Assembly: GCA_946406305.1 (NCBI GenBank)
Contig: CAMJKC010000001.1
Span: 1-25,590 of the forward strand
Length of the DNA: 25,590 nt
Origin: an uncultured Lachnospiraceae bacterium
Lineage (GTDB): Bacteria > Bacillota > Clostridia > Lachnospirales > Lachnospiraceae
Reading direction: 5' to 3'
Shown: positions 12,201-21,200 of the stretch, piece by piece
Position numbering within the stretch: the stretch's first letter is position 1
Layout: every line of letters begins with the position of its first letter
Notes under the pieces: generated by a model
The model's database searches: none
What the model was told of the DNA's origin: nothing
What the model saw: the letters and a program-made list of their open reading frames with translations, nothing else
Position numbers and translations under genes: made by a program

Positions 12201-15200
12201 CAAACATAATGTCTGGGCCAAGTTATGAAGAAGTGAAATTCTATGTAGAAAAAACAGAAGCAAATATAAATGTTTCTATCAGCCCTATATATATATACAA
12301 AAAGTCTACAGGAACATTGATAGATGAGCCAATCGTAAATGCTGAAGAATATACAAGTAGAGGATATACATTTGCTGGGTTTGTTGGAAGAAATGAAACA
12401 GGCGAAATCACAACATGGGATTTCTCAAAGAATAAAATGGTAGGTAGCGAAGTAAGAAATAATTTACCATATGACAGAACTCTATATATGGTAGTGACTG
12501 ATGACAATGTAAAGTTAAAAGCTTGTGGATTAAGAGAGGATGAGGCTTGTAATCATGATTCTAATACTACACATATGGTAAGAGGCGGGAATCAATCAGG
12601 AAGTGAAAGAGCAAAGTATTTGAATTATGTAATGGTAAGCACTGTTGCACAGTTGTTCTATGAGTATCAAGCTGATTCAGAGAAATACAGCACACAGTAC
12701 ATACTTAAAAATGATATAACAATATCAAATGGACTTAGCTCTATTACTGCACAAGTTATAAATTTAAATCACAATACTATATATGTTGAAAATGAGACAA
12801 ACACTCCATTTATGCCAGGAAGTGGAAGCAATAATAAATTGATAAATGACGGAGTAGAGTCATATGGGTTTATTGTTGATAGTAATGATTATAGTTTGCC
12901 AAGAGGAAAGATAGTAGGAAGAAGTAACTTAGGATACAAAAAGGGAATCATAGGTGATGATTTATCAAAAGGTGACAGAGAAGGAATTTTCATTGGCAAT
13001 ATTGATATATTAAGTTTTGATAATCAAAACTTATCGCAAGATGTAAATGGAATGATAAATACAATAAGAGATACATATTTGGAAAATGTAAAAATTGGCG
13101 ACATATATTCTAAATGCAGCATCTTAAATACGAATACTATATATATGAAAGATGTGGAGATAGTCGGTTGTATTACACATAATAGCCATTTAATAAATGT
13201 AGTGAATAATTATTCTTCAAAAAGAATATTTGCAATATCTAATATAGTGAATATTGACGAGAATAATGTTTATTCAAGTGGCACAACACAAAATAGCCTT
13301 ATAAATATAAATGCGAATGTTGACTTTAGACTATTAGCTGATAGTAATATAGAGATAACAAAAAATAAAATACATGCGAGACAAAGAGCTTCAAGCCGTG
13401 ATACTGAAAACAGTGCACAGCTTATAAACTTATTGCAGAATGCAAATAGCGATGACCAAATACTTGGAAAGATTAGTGTAATAGAAAATGGATTTTATGG
13501 TTTTGAAAGATTTACTACAAACCATATAAGGAGTATATATATTGACAACTTGTCACCTATTACTCTTGGAGATGTATATATAAACATTTCTGACCCTGTA
13601 GTAGATGGACTTTCAATAGAAACAGCAAGTATAGGCATAGGAAATTATTCTATGTCAAGGGCAATATTTAAACAAAAAGAAAATACACAATTATTAGCAA
13701 ATGAGTCGGTAATTGATTTTGACTGCTACAACCTTCCAAGTGGCACTTCACAGTTTGTATATGGTGGATGGTATCATACAAATGTAAAAGATTATAATGC
13801 TGGGTTGTTTACAGTTGAAGATGTATTTAAAGTAGTTAATAATGAAGAGGCGGTTATATATAAATCTAACAGAGACAATAACAGCAATGTATACATAGGA
13901 AGAAAAGCTAATCTTGGAAGAATTGAGTTTGTAGAGCAAGATGGGGAAGAAGGAAGCAATAATGTATTAAAAGTTCAATATGTAGCACCAGGAATTCATA
14001 CTTCATTTGAGAGAATAAAAGAATTTAACTACGGAGATGATTATGACTGGACAGGACCTGATACAGAAGGTGTAGAAACAATAATATATGAAGAAGATAA
14101 GATAGCAACAAATACAAATGCTCTTTATACAAAAGTGAACAGAGGAGATGTAAAATATGTAAAAGGAGATTTAAATTCTCTCCATGTTCATGAATTAGTT
14201 GTAGGCTCAGAAGAGTTTAATAAGGAAGCTTCATTTAGAGGAATTAAAAAAGCTGAAAGTATAAATGGAAGTTATGAATATGTATATCTTAAAAAAGATA
14301 TAGTCGTAAACGATACAGGTAGTTTGTGGGGAATAGCAAATGGGAGACTTGGAATATGCTTAAATGGTCATAAGCTCATATTTAGTGGTGGAGTAAATTA
14401 TCTTGATGATATGAATGCAAGTATTTTCATAACAGATTGTAAGGGGACAGGAGAAATCTCAAATGTAGGCAGTAGCACAAACATTATCCCTGCTATGTTA
14501 GTTGCAAATGGTGGAGTTCATATATCAAATATAAACATAACAAATATGACGAACCCACTTATAATGGGAGCCGACATAGATAAGTTCTCTATGATCAATA
14601 GTAAATTTATAAATAACAATGTAAGCAAAATAAACCCTATAATTGATATAGATGGTGTATTGAGTGATGCAACTGTAAAGAACATAGAAATTAGCAACAA
14701 TTCATCAAGTATTATGAGGCTTGACTATGTTAAAGATATGGTTGTGTCAGATATAAATATACATGACAATAATTTAAAAGAAGATGCACCAATATTTATA
14801 ATAAGTGAAGCAAAAGGAAGTATAAAAAATATTAAATTTGAGAATAATAAAAAAGAAATAGCAGATTCAGTAAATGCTGCAATGCTTTTAATACAAGGAG
14901 AAGCTTCAGACATAGTTATAGATGGGGACAATTATATAAATGGAAATACTTTAGCTGGAAGGGGAACTATAATAACTATTAATACAGGTGGAAAAGTAGA
15001 AGTAAAAAATGTTAAGGCTTCTTCAAACAAAGGTTCTGGCTATATGATTAAAAACTTAAAAGATAACATAAGCTTAAGTTTAAATAATATTGAGTTTAGA
15101 GATAGTGAAGGACAAGAATTATATGGCATATATTCAAATGATATAAACAGTGAAGGAAGAGCATCAATTTCAGAGATTACATTTGAAAACAATAAAATGG

Positions 15201-18200
15201 CAACAATGATTCATTTTACAGGAAGTGATAAGAATGTAAATAACCTTACTATATCTGGCATAAAGATGCTCACGAATACTATATATGATGAGTATGGTCT
15301 AATTATGTTAAACGGAGGAAGAGAAGTCAACATAAATGATATTGAGATAAGAAATAACAAATTATTTAATGCTTCACTAATAGATATTCTTGAAACAAGC
15401 GATATAGATATGTCAAATATAAAAATTGAGAATAATACTTTGACATCAAATAAGGCTGTTCCGTTGGTGCTTAATTTGACAAATTCAAATAATATGGTAA
15501 TAGATGGAATAGATGTATTAGGCAATAATTCTATAGGTGGAAGTGATGAAGGTATTATATCTATACTTGGAAATAGCACAGAAGTTAGTTTGAAGGGAAA
15601 TGTAAATATAGAGAAGAACTCTTTTGTAAACTATGGAGCTTTATATATCTCTGGTGCAGCATTAACTGCAAATAAAAACAGTTCTATTATATTAAGAGAT
15701 AACATAGCAACGGGAAGTTATGCAAATGCAGTTTATGCTGTAAACGCTCAAATGACATTACTTGGAGATAAGTTTGAGGTAGCTAAAAATAGTGGAGGAG
15801 AGCTTGGTGCAGTATATGTAAAAGATACAAACTTCTATGCAGCAAACAAAATATACATAAAAGAAAATAAAGACAGGAATAACATAAGTTCAAACTTGTA
15901 TTTAGCAGGAAACAGCTATATTAAAAAATATGAAACAGAAAAGATTTCAATGGATTCTTATATAGGAATCACAAAAGAAGAAAGTAAAAACAACACAATG
16001 GTATTTAATGGTTGGGGAAGAGAAAATGTTGAAGGATATAACAAAGGAGATTATTATTTCCCTCAAGCATTATTCTATGTTGATGAGAAGATAGAGGATA
16101 GAGGATGGAAGATTTATAGATATGGTCCAGAAGGGTTTATCTACATAGGAAGTAATTTTGTTGAACTCAAATTCTTGAGATATGATATGACAGAAATTGA
16201 TACAGAGTATATAGCAAAAAATGTCAGAACAGGAACTGACAAAATGACAATAGACAACTCAGATAGTTCAGCGATGTGGCAAGGGCCTATTGCTACTGAT
16301 GAAAACAGAAGAGATTACTGGGATATGGATAAAGATAGCGATGAAGAAAATGAAGTTTTATTATCAAAATCTAATTATGTCCGTTCTTTAATTCATGTTC
16401 ATAAAGATTGTGGCTTATTTGAGGGTAATAGTTGTAATCACTTAAACGGAGCAGTTCATTCAGAGAGTTCTAAATATACAAGTGTATATAGTGTGAATGA
16501 TTTTGACATAGCAAATTATGACCACTTTGCATTGTTTAGAGATATAGATATTACATCTAATACATTTGGAAATAGTTCAAAGAACTTGAATATATGTTTA
16601 AATGGCCACACAATGAGATTTGCAAGAGGAATGAATTGGCTTAATTTATCTTCTGGTCAAACTATGAATATTTGTGATTGCACAAAGAGTGGTAAAATTG
16701 AAACAAGCACTACTGATTTAGGAGGGAATTCATCACTCATAAATGTAACAAATGGAAGGCTTAATTTATATGGAATTACAATAAAAGACTTTGTGACATC
16801 TGGTGAAAATGGAAACATAATAAATGTAAATGAAAGAAACGCTCATTTATATGCTGAAGACATTGTCGTTGAAAATGTGAGGACAATAGGCGGAAATGTC
16901 ATTATGAGTGCAAATGGCAATGTGAATATAAAAGGAGCTAAATTTGCAAATTGTAACACAACAAGTACTAATTTACTATATGGAAATATAAATATATATA
17001 ATTCAACTTTTGACAACAACACAGGATTTTATGCTATGGTAAATGGCTTAGGCAGGATAGATGGTTGTAAATTTACAAACAATGTCACACAAGATAGTGA
17101 TGCAGCAGCAGTATATAGCATGGGATTTGAATTTACAGGGCACAATGAATTTGAAAAGAATGTAGTAAATGGAAATAGTGGAAGAGGTGGCGCTCTATTT
17201 ATTGATGGTGGAAACACAGGAAAGACAGTTTCGTTGGCAAGTATGTCATTTATAGAAAACTCTGCAAAAGATGGTGGTGCTATTTATGTAATAGGTGGAG
17301 TCACATTAAACTTACAAGAAGATATATATATGGCAGACAACACTAATACTATATATAACAACTCTTCTAAAGTAAACTTTGTTCATGTTGATGATTTATA
17401 TACAGAAAAAACGAGGGCAGTAAAAATTTTAGGTGCAAACGGAGAGTATGTTTTATCAAGTGATGTTTCAACTACGACATACTACTCTTTACTCAGTGGA
17501 AGAATAGTCAACACGAATGCAGACTTTACATATATAGCTTCAGCCAATAGCAACTTTAGTGGCTATATGTTTATGACATATGGAAGTAATTTGTTTATAG
17601 ATGGAGAGACAGAAGGAAGTGGTATATTCGTAACAGATGATGTACATGAATTATTCTACTCAGATAGCACACACAAAATAAATAAAAATACAAGACTTAG
17701 ATATTATGCAAATAAGAGAGATGTAAAAATATTAGACCAATTAAATGTAATAACAAATTATGGAGACGATTTTAAATTAAAAGATATTGTGACTATTGAC
17801 AATAAAAATAGAGAGGGAGCAGAAACTCCATATAGCATATATGAATATGGCGGACATGCATATATGGGATTCCCAAGAAGGAATTTGACAGTAAAAGCAA
17901 ATGGTGGATATTTTGTAAATCCAGATACTGGAGCTCATTATACAGAGTACACTATGGAAGTTGAAAAATATACACCTATTAACGATATAATTATACCAAC
18001 AAGAGGTAAATATGCATTTGTAGAATATAATACAAGACTTGGGAAAAATGTTGAAGGGGCAATGACTGTTACAAGTGGAATGGATTATTGGTCTGATGAA
18101 GATGAGACGATATATGCACTTTGGGAAACAGAGAAATATACAGTAAGGTTTAACAAAAATAACTCTCGTGCTGTAGGAACTATGTCAGAAATAAGAGTTG

Positions 18201-21200
18201 GAATAGAAGAGGTGTTTGATATGCCAAAACTTGGGTTTAATTTCCCAGGTGTAAAACTCGCTTATTGGCAACAAGATATAAAAGATAGTGCAGGAAGAGT
18301 GATAGGAATAGCAACTTATTCAGAGTTTGAGAAAAATATAGTCGGCATAGGGCAAGTTGATGAAATTGTAGTTTTGAATGCTATATGGGATATAAGAGTT
18401 CTTGACATAACATACGATAAAAACACCCCATTGTCACCACTTGGAGATGGTGAAAATGTGGTTACAGGAGATATGCCAACTCAACAAGTAATAATATATG
18501 AGAAAAAGAAGTTTGATGCAAGCGAATATAACCTACAAGGATATATATTTAGAGGATGGGATACGAAAAAAGTTGGGCCAGAGGAAGCAGAAGATAATGA
18601 TTATATAGTTCCTTATGGCAATAATGTAGATATACCTTTTGAAGAAGTATATGGGAAGTCAGATAATGGAAAAATTACTTTGTATGCGGTTTGGACAAGA
18701 AGAATATATAATGGCTATATACATGTAAATGATGCAAGAGAAAATATGGGAAGCACATATGCAAACTTTAGTGAAATAGGAGAAGGCGATACGGTAATAA
18801 CAGTTCCACTAAAATACGATACAGTGCTAAAAGACCTTCCTATAGGAGAAAGAAAAGGATATAAATTCGGATATTATACGAGAAATAGAAATGTGCCAGT
18901 AGAGAGTAAGGAAAGCTATGAAGATGTAATTAACAATACTACTGTGTCAAGGTTCACTGCCCCAGTAAATTTATATGCATTGTGGATAAATGAAAAATAT
19001 GAATTGAAGCTCAATATTAGAGATGGATATTGGGAAGATGGTAGCGAGAGTAAAACATTTAATGTATACTTTGATGAATTGCCTTTTGAAAATGAAAACA
19101 GCGTCAAACCAAAGAATGATAACTATAAATTTGATTATTGGAATAAGAGAGATGTAGATTACAAAGAATTGATTGTAAGCCAAGAAGTGTATGACAAAGA
19201 AAAAGAGAGCAATATGTTGAGTGGTGATGTGGGATATACATACGATGGAGATATGAATTTATATGCTGTATATTTCCCAACGAGAACAAATGTAGTATTT
19301 GATGTAAATGATAGTGAAGCAACATTTGAGATTGACGGTGTGAAGAGTAAGTTGGCAACATACTCTATAGCATTAAATGAAAGGATGTCTGAGAGCCTTG
19401 AGAAATTCCCTACACCTACGAAGAGCGGACATAGAATATCTTATTGGAGTTTAAATAAAGAAGATAACGGACAAGATATAATTGATGAAAATACTATATG
19501 GAAATATATATCTGAGTATACGAAGGTATATGCACACTATGTCACAGGTTCATACAATATCAAATATAGTCCTGGAAAAGCTGGAAGTGAAGTAGAAGGT
19601 GTGATGGAAGGTGAAAACGGAATAAAATTTGACGAACCACATAAAATTTCAAAAACAAAATACAAATGGGATAAGCACACACAAGTAGGTTGGTATATAA
19701 ATAATCCACAACTTGATGAAAATGGAAATCCTTATGCGATAGAAATAGTTGGCAAACAAGAAAAAGTAACGACATTATTTGGTTTAGATGCAACAGTTAA
19801 AAACTTGACAAATGTAAATGATGCGACAGTTGAGCTTGTGGCAGCTTGGGATACTTTTGAAAGAGTTTATTATATAAACTTCCATCAATCAACGCCATCA
19901 ACACCTGCAGCAGGAGCAGAAAATATAGTTAAAGGAGAAATGAAAACTCAAAGAGCTTCTTTGATTAAGTCGGAAGTAATAAATGAAAATAAATTTGAGT
20001 TAGAGGGCTATAAGTTTGAGCATTGGGTAACTGCAAGTGGGCGAATAATAAAAGATAAAGAAGTGATAAGACCTTTAGTAGAAGAAGAAAATGAGACAAT
20101 AGATTTGTATGCTGTATGGAGCAAGAAACAATATGTATGGAATTATGCGTTCCCAAGGAAGACACAAGAAATATCTACAACATCATACATAGCTACTTAC
20201 GACACAGTAATAACAATTCCAGATGTGACATTTACAAATCCTGTTTATGAGATATGGGGTTGGTCACTTGTAGAAGACAATACGGATTATGCAACTTACG
20301 AAGAAGCATATCCACATATAATAAATGAAGACAATGTTAAAAATATAGTTTGTAGAGGAGAGGGAACATTATACCCAATAATGCACAAGAAATTTTTAGA
20401 GATTATATATGTGACAGATACAGGGGTAGAACTTGAACTTGAGGATATGCCAGGATATATAGTGCCAGGACTTGATGTTTTAATACCTGTGCCAGAAAGA
20501 AAAGATGCTGAGTTTGACGGATGGGGTGAAAGTGAATATATTCCAAAAGTTTCATCAGAAAGTCAAACAAGTAGATATAAGGGCAGCTTTACTATACCTG
20601 CAAAATCACAAGAAGAGATAAGAAATATGGATGACATAACATTTGTGACTTATTGGTTAGCTGGTAAATACAAGATAATACTAAATAACAATGGAAGAGG
20701 TAAGACACCAGAAGGTAATACTACATATACAATTGATGCAAGAGTAGATGAAAATGTGACACTTCCAAGAGTATTTACGAGAAATGTATCATCATCATAT
20801 TATTTGTCATCATATAATACAGAATCTAATGGACAAGGAAAATCATATAGTGCAGGCACTGTATATACAAATATAGCAAAAGAAAACGAGACAATAACTC
20901 TTTATGCTATATGGGCAAGGGCAAGCAGTGGAGGTGGCAATACAGGTGGTTCATCAGGAGGTTCAAATAGTGCGAACTTCACAAGACCAAGCACGAATAC
21001 AAATAACACTATTAACTTGCCTAACAATATAACGATAGTTGGAAATTTGATAAATAGTACAGGTGGCAGCATGCCAAACATAATTCAAATAGGTATGGGG
21101 GTAGGCAATGTAGTAGAGGTAGTAGGAGCTGTAAGACAGACTCAACCTTCAGTAGATGTAACATTAGATCCAGTAAGTGATGTTCAATGGACAAGAAACC

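Larger units (their letters stand above)
2222..17875 (+). repeat. Eight tandem predicted parallel beta-helix modules with spacer domains (about aa 690-5906)
   Basis: LNG/LNH head motifs start at nt 2555, 5585, 7448, 9383, 10961, 12761, 14357 and 16595. Bodies are Asn/Ile/Gly-rich with periodic IxNxxFxxN patterns. Each module closes with a cap ending near xYIG/YMG/IYIS/ISG. Confidence 0.75.

Noticed and set aside
14141-14149. RGD tripeptide (aa 4662-4664)
   Set aside because: About one occurrence is expected by chance in 7300 aa, and it is not conserved in the homologous repeats
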